Shown here in pieces: positions 34,051 to 48,721 of a stretch of DNA of 64,000 nucleotides. This stretch comes from Chrysomallon squamiferum (lineage: Eukaryota; Animalia; Mollusca): positions 15,190,001-15,254,000 of the forward strand of contig CM022667.1 in NCBI GenBank assembly GCA_012295275.1, given 5' to 3'. Position numbers and translations under genes: made by a program. The number at the start of each line of letters is the position of its first letter. The first letter of the stretch is position 1. Below the pieces are notes generated by a model. The model was not told the DNA's origin. It worked only from the letters and a program-made list of their open reading frames with translations, and ran no database searches.

Positions 34051-36214
34051 CCGGTGTTTCGAGGGAGTCACTGCATTATCAACAGACTGCTTTGAATTAC
34101 AATGCAGATTATAAGTGTTAATTGGTTATTTAATAGGCTTAATTTACATTGGTTTAGTCATTTTTCTTTCTGTATTTTTAGTTTGTTTCTGTTCTTAAAC
34201 TATATGTTCTTTTCATTCCGTTGTATATATTTCTGTTGTTAAATCTAAACCAGCGAGCTGGAATGTAACATGTAGAGAACCAGACCTGATGTTCCTAATG
34301 TTAAGCTTATATAAGCAATGACAATCTGCATACACAACACATTTTATATAATTTCTTTGTTCAAAGAGACCCAGTTAAATGTACACAGGTAGGCTTATGA
34401 ACAAATGGGGCACCCTTTCTAGGGAATGCCTGAAACAAAATCACAATAACAATCAGAATTCATCTGGAGACAAGAAAATCTACCACCAAACACAACAGAA
34501 AAGGTCTACAACAGAACATCCAAGTTGTCCAATGTACTGGAAAAGAAACGTCAAGAATGCATTTCCATTTTCTCCTTTACAAGCCCTCGGATCTCTATGA
34601 AATCAGACAATCTAGAGAAGACACTGAACGCTTTAAACGGGACGAAAGTATGTGACGTAAATTTTCCTTATCTTGCAAGAAATTTCATATTAAAATGCTC
34701 TACGTAACAGTTTTACTCAGTCAGAAGTAAGATACTACAATTATTTGTATATAAACAATTGCAGTTTTGTTGCCACCAGCAGGCTGATTGGTTAGATGGA
34801 ATCAGAAATGAAAGAGCTTTTGCAAAGAAAATTATGCTGTGATATTTAAAGAAGTTAGACACATTTCAGTTTTTATTTATTTATTTATTTTATGTGGGTT
34901 TTTTTTTTTTTTTTTGTTGTTGTTTTTTTTTTTTTTTTAATAACTATGTTTCCCAACTTAAAATGCCAGAAATATGACACTATCGAGCTTGAATATATAT
35001 GAAAGTAAAAAGGTAAAAAAAAAAAAAAAAAAAAAAAAGTCATATTCCATGAAGCGATTTCAGATCCATTCGCAATATCCTTGACGTTCGATTTATACTG
35101 TTTCAGTGTTCAAAACTTTCCAATTTGATGAACCGTCAATGATCGTAACTACAACATTAAGTGTATGGCGCCACAGGGTAACCAGTCGGATGCCGCGCAA
35201 TGTAATTTTGAGTACAGCCTATTCATCCAGTCCAATGCATCAATAGATCCATTTTTGTTTCACCATAAATAGTTTTCAAAACATATCGACTTTCATGTCT
35301 ATACATGTTTTTTTTTTCTGAAATCAGTCAATAAAACATGTTCCTTGTGGTTTTGTGTGACATGTCAAAATCTTAATTAACAAAATTATGCTAAAACTAC
35401 GCACTTATTTTTGCCAAAATTCATCTAAAACCTCTTACATCGTGCCCCCATGCATCGCATATCATGATCTTTAGGATGTACTTTATATTATTCTATCACT
35501 ACCTGATAATTTTCACCATGTGACTGATTATTCTAAGCCGCCGCACAAATAAACCAACAACAGAACGAGATACAAACAATATTCAGAAAAATATAGGCAC
35601 AAAAAAATTGACGAAAGACAATGAAGGAAGCAGTGATTACCCTCGACATCTGAAGACTGTCTCGGTTGTCGAATGGCATTACCATGCTTCTTGAAAATCT
35701 AGGTTAGCACTTAACACCATTTTAATCTCAAGGGTAACTTTCTGAATCTAAAACAAATTTGGTTTCTTTTTCTTTTCTTTCCAGCTAAAAACAACCAAAT
35801 CATGTCAAACGTTTTCAGATTATTTTAGCAGATAATTTCAGTTTTATATCAGATCTTTAAAAACATTTTCGTTTATGAATCGGAACCTAAAATAAACTAA
35901 AAACTTCTCACATAAGATAGTTACTCATTGGCGATGATTAAATTGTTAATATTGTTAATATTATCGCTGTGTTTTAGATTATTTTCTGCATATAATTACT
36001 GCATTAGTATTGAAATGAATAAAGAAGTCATAACAAAAGAAAAATTGGTCTAAAAACCACAGCACTACGTCTGAGGGGAATTATGAGTCTTCTACACTTT
36101 GTGATAATGATTACAGATGTATAGTAATCACAGATTTTAACAGTGACCAAACCTCTGTCACGTATATACTTTTCAAAGACTTTCAAAAATTCATTATTTT
36201 CACTTTTATTTTAG

Positions 36215-36382
36215 AATCGATGCAAAAACAAAGGTTTTTCCAGATGAAAGTGGATACTGTGAATCAGTTATATCAGATGACAAATATTTATATTCCTAGA
36301 AGATTCTGACAAGGAAATTTATTTTCTTGTTTATTTGTTTCTTCTTCTTCTTCTTCTTCTTCTTCTTCTTCTTCTTCTTCTT

Positions 36383-36443
<61 letters not shown>

Positions 36444-37083
36444 TGTATCACCTTATTTTTCCAGAATGAAACTAACTTCGGAACTTTTGTTAATTTTGTA
36501 TTTTATTCTTCGCTTTCTGTTCTTTTTTAATATTATTTTTTTTTTTTTTTTCTTCAACATATTGATAACAATATAAAATGCGTAACTAAAATTAGTTATG
36601 TTGTATGATTCAGCTTGAAGTCTAATTTATTACTCACTGTTTATTTAATTTCTGTAGACGATTTAGCTAGAGCGATAAATGGTGCTCATCGAAGGAGAAT
36701 AATGTTAAAAGGTTTGTTTTTAACTATGAATGTTGCGTATATTCATCAACAGAATGACATTGATTGTTTGCGGGATGTCGAAAAGCCTTTCGACGTGAAT
36801 GTTTTTAATTTATTTGAAACAGAATCTGAAAATTCAAAGTTTTGTGTGTAAAATAAGGTGGCGAGATACAGAGTTGATGAGTCACAAATCTAACAGAGAT
36901 GGTTCTGAAAGATCCTTCCGTCCATACCCATCCGTACTACAGCAGATGTCTTATGAACGCAACATAACAACAGAAGTTAACTTTAGAAACATTTATTACA
37001 CGTACAAGAAAAGTGGAGGCAAAACTGAAGACGTGTGGTTCACAGTCGATGTGTCTGGTTTGTTCAGCTGTGAAATAAAGTAG
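36215..37083 (+). pseudogene. A-type pseudogene fragment (EGF remnant 36215-36267; repeat 3-4 remnant 36655-37083)
   Basis: NRCKNKG.PDESGYC after an AG. DDLARAINGAHRRRIMLKGL is homologous to [29 protein letters not shown] is followed by a frameshifted end. Confidence 0.85.
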
Positions 37084-37104
37084 GTCTTTAATTTATCCTA
37101 TCTT

Positions 37105-38030
37105 TGTGAAGCTAATAATATCTATCAATAACATTATTTTGCCTTACTGACTATCCAGTTCATTCATTATGATTATGTTCTTGTTGTTGTCATGTAATGT
37201 TCAAGGTTAATTGCAATGAAAACGTCGATAAAAAATAATGATGATAATATTGATAGTATTGCTAGTGCTCGTCCTAATTCTAGTACACCTACTAGACTGC
37301 TAAACCTATTACTACTGCTGCTACCATTATTATTACTACCACTACTGTAATAAGAATACGACATCAGTAGCAACAAAAACAATAATACTAATAATACCAA
37401 AATCAACAAAACAATAAAAACGATAGCAGTAACAACATGTATATGAACATATAACCTGTATTATGAAGGGAGATAGTGCTGAACTATTAGTTATCTAATG
37501 ATGTAATATTATTTCGAATAGTCAAACAGATCAACCGGTTCCGAAAAGAAAAACTTTGTGAAGCTAATAATATCTATCAATAACATTATTCTGCCTTACT
37601 GACTATCCAGACGGATTCAGTTCATTCATTATAATTATGTAGTGTACCTAAAATGAAAACGAATTACGGCAGGAATGTTCAGTTCTTAAGCATAACTGAT
37701 GTTTCTTGTTTTCATTAGTTTCTCTTCTTGTTGTTGTCATGTAATGTTCAATGTTAATTGCTTTGAAAACGTCTATAAAACATAATGATGATAATGTTGC
37801 AAGTATTGTTGCTGCTCGTCCTAATTCTACTACACCTACTAGACTGCTACAACCACTACTATAATAAGAATACCGACATCAGTAGCAACAAAAGCAACAG
37901 CAGTAACAACATGTATATGAACACATAATCTGTATTATGAAGGGAAATAGTGCTGAACTAGTAGTTATTTAATGATGTAATATTATTTCGAATAGTCAAA
38001 CAGATCAACCGGTTCCGAAAAGAAAAACTT
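37105..38030. repeat. Local imperfect tandem duplication (~450 bp first unit)
   Basis: TTTGTGAAGCTAATAATATCTATCAATAAC...CAGATCAACCGGTTCCGAAAAGAAAAACTTTG occurs at ~37105-37560 and again at ~37556-38030. Confidence 0.8.
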
Positions 38031-38364
38031 TGGAAATACATATTAAAAAATAAACCTAAGTTTAGATTCTTGTTTTCTTGTATAAAACGATTTTCTTCAT
38101 TTAACTTCTTTCTTTCTTTTTCTTCTCTTGTATACCCTCTTCCTTTTACGGGATCATTCAAACAGAATAATGTTTCCTCTCGTAATAAAATTTGTCTACA
38201 GGTTATGACTAATACTTCCACTATTTCTTTTCTCTTGCTAATATATAACACAGATCCAGAAACATACGCTTTTGTTTAATCTCTCATCTTATGCTAAACT
38301 ATGACCTTTCCATGAAACCAAAATTTCAATAATTAAAGAAGGAAGGAAAAGAAAGTGATCAACA

Positions 38365-38760
38365 TTATAACATCGGGACGTGCTCGTCACCGCCATTGAT
38401 CCAGGCTTAACATCGGAGTCTCATCGAATGAATGTTCCTGCTCAAGACTGTATTGAAGCTGTTCAGTGACAATGATTCACTCGAGTGATTGCGTCTTCCT
38501 AGTTTATCCATGAACAGCTCCATGAGATTCAGGTCTGGAGATATACCTGTCGATGACGTGGAGTCAGAAAATCAGCACACACTCCGGACTCCTGCGGTCG
38601 AGCGTTGTCATCTTTCAAAATCATGTGTGGATGATGTGCGGTGTGCGGATGATGTGCGGTGTGCGGAATTAAAAGTGGTGCGAATTGTTTTTCGTCATCA
38701 CGTGACATGCAGAAATCGACGCGATAATCTCGTGTAGTGCGTGATATTGTACACTGAGAG
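38365..38760 (-). mobile_element. Tc1/mariner DDE-domain C-terminal remnant
   Basis: LKDDNARP...ADFL, then SPDLN..ELFMDKLGRR...HSMRLRC..WINGGDEHVP, matching Tc1 QDDNARPH / SPDLNPIE.LW..L.RR / SM.RRC...GG.T.Y. Confidence 0.8.
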
Positions 38761-39159
38761 TCAATTTTCTTTGTATTTAAATGGAATACCAAAAATAAAG
38801 TTTTCAATATTATCATCTCTGCTCAAAAGCCGATATAGCATTACTTGCATTAAAATATTTGATAATATTATTCTTTATATCACTGAAATTGATATTATAA
38901 TCTCTCTAATAGGAAATCTGATATACGAATGTATTTTATTTTGATTAGAATATTTCCAATATATTTATCTATATTACAATACTTCCTATATTACTGCGTC
39001 TATTTATAAAAAGTTTAACATATTAATATTTCTATTACGGTAGTTGATACTTTTTTGTTTTTTTTGTTATCTCATTATAAATATTATTTTCTGTGAGTAT
39101 TGCTTGTAGCTCGATTCTAAATCTTGATGTTACCAATCTTTCCATGCCATTCGATTCGA

Positions 39160-42073
39160 TTACATCTGAACAAACCATGTACATTTTTTTACATCTGGGT
39201 CTTCAGTTAAAGTATAGTCCCGCTGCAAGTTGGTGTACTCGATCGTTCTGAAAGATCCACTGGTCGATATAATGGCTGACATCAGCTGATAATCCGATGA
39301 AAAAGTCTGATTATCTTCGTCAACCCCAGTTTGGTAAATCACTTCAGCAGCAATGTTACCGTCGGGTGATAACTCTAAATGATCGACATCAAATATTTTA
39401 AGCACGCCATCTTGAGACTCGACTACGATACGGACAGATGCGCCGTTGAGAATCCTTTCTCGCAGACTTGCAACCGACCCATTCTCAATTTCTCCGTACT
39501 CGCTTACAACCAATGCTTCATTCCATGTACGTGTATCTGTAAACCAGTCTATTCGGGTTCGATTTTCGTAAATTCCAGATTTCGCGCCCGTCTCATATGT
39601 GGAAAGAAAAGTCTGCAGGCGACCATCTGAAAACGCCAATTTTCTTTCATCTTTTCCAGATTGGTCGAAATATTTTATTTGTCCTGAAGAATCGAACGCA
39701 TTGGCTCCAGTTGGTTGTATCATATCCTCTAGGGTCACTGTGATGTTTTCACGGACAATGTAGACTGCGTTAGTTGCTGAAGCAATGTCTTCTGTGACAA
39801 TCCTCAGTCGATGACCACCAAGCAAAGATTGAATTAAAGCTGTAACCGATCCGGACAGCACTCTTCCAGATTCATCTACAGAATATACTTTAACCCAGCA
39901 GCTATCAGTGCACCAAGTGTGAGATATTTGGTCTGACGAAGTAGAAGCTGAGGTTTCAAATCCAATCTGCCGTCGAAGGACTCGCTTCATCCCAGATGTG
40001 TCCACTCTGTATATGTACCACTGTGGTGTGCTGGTGAAATTCGCATACGTTGAAGACGTCTCTGTCTCCACACTAAAAATAGTCTCCGCGATAGATTTTG
40101 AATCATTTGAGATAAACACGGTTTTAGATAACATTAATGCTGATCCTTCTTTTATTCTGAAAATCAGCTGATTAATATCACCTGCAAGAACTGATCCATT
40201 TCCGCTATTAATAAAACATGGTTCCCCATCTGAGAAATCTTTGACAAACCACTTGACTGTGATTTCACTCGTGACAGACTCTGGTATATCGGCAAATATC
40301 ATTGTTTGATATTTGCTGTCTAAAGTGGCATAGAAAAGTCTTGATGCATCATCGCTGAATGTGTCCCAGGATGATTTGTTAAGATGATAGAGAGACAGAG
40401 TCAGTGTTCTGTCTCCCTGAACTTCGGCAAAGTCGATGGAGTGGATTTTAGTTCCATTAATAACAGCCTTGAATTTAGCTTTGCATGGCTGGCTTATTAC
40501 AGATCGAAACTGCTCCAACGTTTGAGAATTTCCAGTTTCATGGATAAGCCGCCACTGACTAGAGCATGTATCTGTCCCCCCCAAAAAAAAAGAATCTATA
40601 TATAAAAGAAAATAAATAAATAAATGTATGTATGTACATACATACATACATACAGAGAGAGAGAGAAATAAAGATAGGTAGATAGATGGAGAGAGATAGA
40701 CCGAAAGACAGAGAGACAGAGAGTAAGTAATAAACAGAAAATGAAGATGTTTGTTAATACTAGTATTGTTTGACTAAATTGATATAGTGGAAGTTAATCT
40801 TCAGTAAAAGCACAAGTACTGATTTTATTCACTGAACTGAACAATTATGTCTTACACATCTAACTATTTTACTGTATCTTACCATTTACAGCGGTTTCAC
40901 AGTTCGGTCCACCGAAACCTGGAGTACAAGTACAATACCCAGCATCCTCAGCAAACCCTCCATTTTGACATCGATTCTGATAAAAATTATATTTATTAAT
41001 TTAAATAAATACATAATACTTAGTTCTACTTTAAAAATAGAGAAAAAAAATAGTGAAAAATAGCTAAAATTTAGATTCATTTAGAAACTTAAATCGAGAG
41101 TAACATGAGATAAAAATGATAAAAAAAACAAAAAGAAAACAAACAAAAACAAACAAAACAAAATTCAATCAAGGAATACATCCTTTCATTTATATTTCTA
41201 AGTATCTGACTAGAAATTCTCAGAAATCAATTAGAAAGTTAACTTCTTAAAGAACATAAAACTATGGTATATTTTGACCAACAAAATGGTTAACATATGC
41301 ATTAGAAAATCTTTATAGAAACAAATAAAGCACTTACAATTTTTCATAGAAAGAGTTGTTTGAATGTTTAAATAATTACAGTTTTATTCTTCATCAATTC
41401 ATTATTTTGGTCATTGTTCTTTCTATGTTTTGTTATTTTTTAATAATTTTTTATTTAAATTATTTAAACTATGACTTTCTTTCTTTATTTCTTTTTTTTT
41501 TCTCTTTATTTATTTATTTATCTACATTTTTATTTTATTACAGAAGATATAGTTTATTATAATTTACAATTGAAGTTCTTTCCGTCTTAAATACAACCTA
41601 TGCTTCGTCTTTTTGCTTTGTTTTCTTTTTTCCGAAAATTAAGAACTTGATTTTAATAATGTTATACGCTCTGAACAAAAACATTTTAAGTACCCATTCT
41701 AAACTTATCTGAGAAAGAAGTGAGATTTATTTTATTGTATATTTTAAATACTTACCATCCTAAAAAAGTCACACGAGTCATACTCTGGACTCTCAGAACT
41801 CTGATAATCTGAAAACATAAAACCAATAAGATGACATTGTGGAGGGCAGATCATCATCGCTACACATCGTTCATCCTTGAGACAACGTCTAGAACAGTCC
41901 AACTTCGTCGTTGTCGTCGTTTTAAATAACTTTTTGGATTTCTCAGAAAAAACGGCTGTTGTGATGTTCTCTTTTATCATTTCATATAAACCACAAGTGG
42001 ACGATGATGAAATTAATTCAAAGCATGAAACCGAAATAAGAAAACAGATTTCCCAAATGTGAGCCATCACCAT
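39160..42073 (-). CDS. Secreted PAN/Apple-EGF-4x-repeat protein, subfamily B copy 1; exons 42073-41756, 40976-40883, 40571-39160 (607 aa)
   Basis: Signal-like [79 protein letters not shown]. Exons 318/94/1412 nt with canonical sites; ends WFVQM. Confidence 0.9.
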
Positions 42074-42720
42074 TTCGAACGATAAATGTTAATCGATGTA
42101 ATAAAGATCAATCTTAAAATATTTAATAAAGAGATCAGTTGAAATCTTTCGAATTCGAGGTCGATTTTAAAGATTTGAATTTGATATCGATATTGAAAGA
42201 TTCAACTGTACTTCTCTCTTCGGCATTTGCATATGTTGTGAGAAATGTTCTTAAGAAGAATTATAAATATGTGCAACTAGGTCATCTCTGCTCTTGTCAA
42301 ATGATTTCACAATTTGGTTTCTTTTTCAAATGAAAACTCCTAGAACATTTTGTTACACCTACTTACAAGAAAAAAAATATAAATTAACCGCTAATTGACT
42401 TTGTAAAAACTAACAGTACAATATAGCAAACGTTTTAAAAGGTAGTTTCATTTATTTTCTAAATAATTAAATACGCTTAAAAAAGGTTCCATTTACCACA
42501 GGAAGCATAAAATTACCAAAAAGCAAAAGTATTACAAAACATCATTAACTCGACGTGAAACGAGAAAATATTTTAGAAAAACACATTAAGCAAGAAAAAG
42601 AATGCATTAATGGAATCACACAAGAAAACAACTTAGCATAACGTGACGGAGGAAAAAGGAAAAAGTGTTTAAATATACATTCATACTTAATTCACACATA
42701 CATATTTAATACAAACATAC

Positions 42721-42787
<67 letters not shown>

Positions 42788-43728
42788 ATCAGTATTTTTA
42801 CATAGCTAGATAGATAAGTAGATAGATAATGTGGTTGGTTGTCCATATATACTTTCGACAAAGTAGTAGTGTATTTATATCAGTTTGTGTATGTGCATTT
42901 ATATTTTTATTTATATATGCACATGCACATATACACAAAGAGATACGTACTTATACATATACATACATACGTACACCCTCTGTTTTAAAATAATTTTTAT
43001 GAGGCTGTCATTGTGGTTCTGTGAAGTACGGCCAAATGACTGCTATACATTCGAGTCCCATTGGCGGCATTTGTCGTTGCGAGGTCGTGACTGACCCTGT
43101 GCGTTGCCTACGTAGACGTACAGAAGAATTTTATGTTAAAAGAGAAAGCAGATTATTCATTTCTGAATACATACATAAATAAAAATGTCGCAGTGTTGAA
43201 GCAATCAAAGACAAATTAACAAGAACTAATAGTAAGAAGAACACTGTTTAAATAACATTTATTACCATCATGTTAGACAGTGTGATGAAAAAGAAAAAGA
43301 AAATAATTCCTTAATTCATTTACGTTTATATCCAAATCACTTTGCTTTTATTTCCTTTTTTTAATATTTTTTTTTTTTGTTGTTGGTTGTTTGATTGGTT
43401 TTATTTTTATTTTTATTATTATTAATTTGTTTTTTCGTTCGTTTCTTTTTATTGTTGTTGGTTGGTTGACTGGTTTTACTTCATTTTACATTATTTTATT
43501 TATTTATTTATTTATTTTATTATTATTTTTTTATGTGTTTTTTCCGCTGAGAACGAAATTAGAAAGTTAAATATATTTATCTGTTTCCGGAAACGTAAAT
43601 GCTGCCACAGGCATTAAAACAATGTGATCACGTCAACAATGTTATGACGTATTTACCACAAATGGAAAAAACAGTGCAGTAACAAGTAAAATTAATTTTA
43701 AAAGGTAGGTTTTCAAATACCAACAACA

Positions 43729-43792
<64 letters not shown>

Positions 43793-43927
43793 TTTTGTTT
43801 GCTTGTTTCTTTAAATAGAATTAACAGGAAAACTCCTGAAAGACTTTGTCAACGATCGGCTTCACGTAACGATCGGCAGTACTGTAGATCGATAAGGTGT
43901 ATGTCAGCTAGCTGCAGTTAAAATGTT

Positions 43928-43983
<56 letters not shown>

Positions 43984-44153
43984 CTACAGTGTGTTTGTTC
44001 CTGTGTTTGTGTGAAACTTCTCTCTGCTAAATTTCCGTGTGCGTTTATGTATATATGTGTGTTTGCATTTATAAGTGTGTGTCTATCTGTATCACTATGT
44101 GGGTATATGTGTGCTGTGTGCGTTCCAGTGTTTAACATGTTTTGTGTGTGTGG

Positions 44154-44198
<45 letters not shown>

Positions 44199-44346
44199 CC
44201 TCTCTGCTGAATTTTTTGCAATAGATCGCCTAGATAATAATGCACACACGTGTCTAACTAGAAGCCCAGCTATATAATTTGTTATATATGAATCATTTTT
44301 GAAAACAGTTTATAAAGATTTTGCATTTGTGATATTTCATTGAGAG

Positions 44347-44419
<73 letters not shown>

Positions 44420-44714
44420 TTAGTTCTGTATCATCTTATTTTTCTTCGTTAGAACAGATTTCCTTTCCAGAATCAAACGTTCATCGGAATTTTATTCTTC
44501 GCTTTCTGTTGGTTTTTTTCATATATTTGTATGAATTGTTGCAAAGAGTCAACTTTGCAATCATAAATAGTTTCATAACGATTGTTTTTGTAAACCTTTT
44601 CAACATATTGATAACAATTTACAACGCAACATTAACAATAGTTATGTTGTGTGATTCAGCTTGAAGTCTATTTTACTATTCATTATTTATTTAATTTTGG
44701 TTCTATTTAGACAG

Positions 44715-45349
44715 ACTCATGTTACGACCAGTGGAAACTAATCTACAACAATGAAACATCTGAATAAATCAAAACTGTTTGACTGCTATAAAGAAACCTT
44801 GCAAGCCAACTGTAAAAGTTATTACTGAAGGTAAAAACAGCTATTCGATCACCAAACATTACGTTTTCTTATAAACAGTTATAACATGCAGTCAGCGTCT
44901 CATCACCATCTCAGTAAATCTTCATGGTGTACAGGTTTGTGACTTTAACTAAGAAATGTTGCGAATATTCAACGGTTAACAGAATGACATTTGAATGTTT
45001 GCATTAGGGATGTCAAAGAGTTAAATTCGGAAGAAGTCAAGTTTTACATTAACCATTTCTCTTTATCTTAGTGGTAAGAAACAGAAAGTGAATGATCAAG
45101 GAATTTTGTGTGTCAAAAATAAGGTGGTAGATAATGATTTTTTGTGTAAAATTTGATGGGTCACAAATCTAACAGAGATAGTTCTGAAATTTCTTTCGTC
45201 CATACCCATCCGTACTATGGCAGATCTTATATGAACAAATCATAACAACAGAAGTTAACTTTAGGAACATTTATTACACGTACAAGAAAAGTGAAGACCT
45301 GTGCATCACAGTAGATGTGTATGGTTTGTTCAGCTGTGAAATAAAGTAG
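44715..45349 (+). pseudogene. Heavily deleted A-type exon-3 pseudogene
   Basis: DSCYDQWKLIYNNETSE-stop after an AG, KEPCKP, HLSKSSW, and ITTEVNFRNIYYTYKKS remnants. Confidence 0.8.
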
Positions 45350-45369
45350 ATATTTAAATTATCCTCTCT

Positions 45370-46420
45370 TTGTGAAGCTAACAATATCTATCAATAACAT
45401 TATCCTGTTTTACTGACTATTTCGACGAATTCAGTTCATTAATTATAATTATGTAGTGTACCTAAAATGAAAACGAATTACGGCAGGAATGTTCAGTTCT
45501 TAAGCATAACAGATATTTCTTATTTTCATTAGTTTCTCTTCTTGTTGTTGTCATGAAATGTTGAAAATTAATTGCTATGAAAACATTTATAAAAAATAAT
45601 GATGATAATATTGCTAGTATTGTTACTGCTCGTCCTAATTCTAGTACACCTACTAGACTTCAACTACTACTACTACTGCTACCATTATTATTACTGCCAC
45701 TACTATAATAAGAATACCGACATCAGTATCAACAACAACAATAATAATTAAAATATCAAAGTCAACAAAACGACAAAAACAATAGCAGAAACAACATGCA
45801 TCTGAACATATAACCTGTATTATGAAGGGAGATAGTGCTGAACTATTAGTTATCTAATGATGTAATATTATTTCGAATAGTGAAACAGATCAACCGGTTC
45901 CGAAAAGAAAAACTTTGTGAAGCTAATAATATCTATCAATAACATTATTCTGGCTTACTGACTATCCAGACGGATTCAGTTCATCAATTATAATTATGTA
46001 GTGTACCTAAAATGAAAACGAATTACGGCAGGAATGTTCAGTTCTTAAGCATAACAGATATTTCTTATTTTCATTAGTTTCTCTTCTTGTTGTTGTCATG
46101 AAATGTTGAAAATTAATTGCTATGAAAACATTTATAAAAAATAATGATGATAATATTGCTAGTATTGTTACTGCTCGTCCTAATTCTAGTACACCTACTA
46201 GACTTCAACTACTACTACTACTGCTACCATTATTATTACTGCCACTACTATAATAAGAATACCGACATCAGTATCAACAACAACAATAATAATTAAAATA
46301 TCAAAGTCAACAAAACGACAAAAACAATAGCAGAAACAACATGCATCTGAACATATAATCTGTATTATGAAGGGAAATAGTGCTGAAGTAGTAGTTATTT
46401 AACGATATAATATTACTTCG
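45370..46420. repeat. Near-identical direct tandem duplication (~545 bp unit)
   Basis: Block beginning TTGTGAAGCTAA at ~45370 is repeated at ~45915 almost base for base. Confidence 0.85.
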
Positions 46421-46424
46421 AATG

Positions 46425-46700
46425 GTGATTGCGTCTTCCTAGTTTATCCATGAACAGCTCTATGAGATTCAGCTCTGGAGATATACCTGTGGATGATGTA
46501 GAGTCAGAAAATCAGCACACACTCCGGAAACATGCCGTCGTGCGTTGCCGTCTTTGAAAATTATGCGTGGATGATGTGCCGTGTGCGGATGATGTGGCGT
46601 GTGCGGAATTAAATCTGGTGCGATTTGTGTTTCGTTATCATCTGACATACAGAAATCGACGCGATAAACTCGTGTAGTCCGTAATAGTGCGTACCTAGTA
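46425..46700 (-). mobile_element. Tc1/mariner DDE remnant (co-duplicated)
   Basis: FKDGNARRHVSGVCADFL; homologous to 38485-38760. Confidence 0.75.
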
Positions 46701-47123
46701 CTGACACTCATTTTTCTTTGTATTTAAATGGAATACCAAAAATAATATCTTCAAGATTATTACGTCTGTTCAAAAGGTGATATAGTAGTATCTGTTTTAA
46801 AATAATTGATAATATTATGGTATGTCACTGAAGTTGATGTTATAATCTCTCTAATAGAAAACCTGATATACAAATCTATTTTAATTTTATTAGAATATTT
46901 GCTATATTATTATCTATATTACCATACTTCCTATGTTACTATTTAAAAAAAAAAAAAAAAAAAAATGATTGACATATTAATATTTCTATTAGGGTAGCTG
47001 AAACATTTTATTTCTGTTCTCTCAGAAATATTCTTTTCTGTGAGTATTGCTTGTAGCACGATTCTAAAATAGAAATGCATTTAAATCTTAATGTTACCAA
47101 ATTTTCCATGTCATTCGAATCTA

Positions 47124-48595
47124 TTACATCTGAACAAACCATGTACATTTTTTTAGGACTACTTCTGTATATGTAGAGGCCAGCTGCAAATTGGTGTACT
47201 CGATCGTTCTGAAAGATCCACTGGTCGATATAATGGCTGACAGCAGCTGATAATCCGATGAAAAAGTCTCAGTACCATAGTGAACCCTGGTTTGGTAAAT
47301 CACTTCAGCAGTAACGTTACCGTCGGGTGACAACTCTAAATGATCGACATCATATATTCTAAGCCCGCCATCTTGAGACTCGACTACGATACGGACAGAA
47401 GCGCCTTTCAGAATCCATTCTCGCAGACTTGCAACCGACCCATTCTCAATTTCTCCGTACTCGCTTACAACCAAAGCTTCATTCCATGTACGTGTATCTA
47501 TAAACCAGTCTATTCGGGTTCGATTTTCGTACATTCCAGATTTCGCGCTCGTCTCATATGTGGAAAGAAAAGTCTGCAGGCGACCATCTGAAAACGCCAA
47601 TTTTCTTTCATCTTTTCCAGATTGGTCGAAATATTTTATTTGTCCTGAAGAATCGAACGCATTGGCTCCAGTTGGTTGTATCATATACTCTAGGCTCACT
47701 ATGATGTTTTCACCAACAATGTAGACGATCTTAGTTGCTGAAGCAAAGTCTTCTGTGACAATCCTCAGTCGATGACCACTAACCAAAGATTGAATTAAAG
47801 CTGTAATCGATCCGGACAGCACTCTTCCAGATTCGTCTACAGAATATACTTTAACCCAGCAGCTATCAGTGCACCAAGTGTGAGATATTTGGTCTGACGA
47901 AGTAGAAGCTGAGGTTTCAAATCCAATCTGCCGTCGAAGGACTCGCTTCATCCCAGATGTGTCCACTCTGTATATGTACCACTGCGGTGTGCTGTTGAAA
48001 TTCGCATACGTTGAAGACGTCTCTGTCTCCACACTAAAAACAGTCTCCGCGATAGATTTTGTATCTTTTGAGATAAACACGGCTTTTGATAACATTAATG
48101 CTGATCCATTTTTTATTCTGAAAATCAGCTGATTAATATCACCTGCAAGAACTGATCCATTTCCGCTATTAATAAAACATGGTTCCCCATCTGAGAAATC
48201 TTTGACAAACCACTTGACTGTGATTTCACTCGTGACAGGCTCTGGTATATCGGCAGACATCATTGTTTGATATTTGCTGTCTAAAGTGGCATAGAAAACG
48301 CTTGAATGATCGTATCTGGATGAGTTCCAGCATGATTTGCTAACATGATAGAGAGACAGAGTCAATGTTTTGTTTCCCTGAAGTTCAGCAAAGTCGATGG
48401 AGTGTATTTTAGTTCCATTAATAACAGCCTTGAATTTAGCTTTGCATGGCTGGCTTACTACAGATCGAAACTGCTCCAACGTTTGAGAATTTCCAGTTTC
48501 ATGGATAAGCCGCCACTGACTAGAGCATGTATCTGTCCAAAAAAATAAAATAGAATAATATAAAATAAAATAAATAAATAAATGAATGTGTGTGT

Positions 48596-48643
<48 letters not shown>

Positions 48644-48660
48644 TTCTGAATGTGTGTGTG

Positions 48661-48721
<61 letters not shown>

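Noticed and set aside
34330-34640. Possible LINE reverse-transcriptase fragment (RKGLQQ, FPFSPL)
   Set aside because: Too degenerate to support.
38629-38666. 18-bp direct repeat GGATGATGTGCGGTGTGC x2 (similar at 46569)
   Set aside because: Slippage duplication within a Tc1 remnant; not CRISPR-like or functional.
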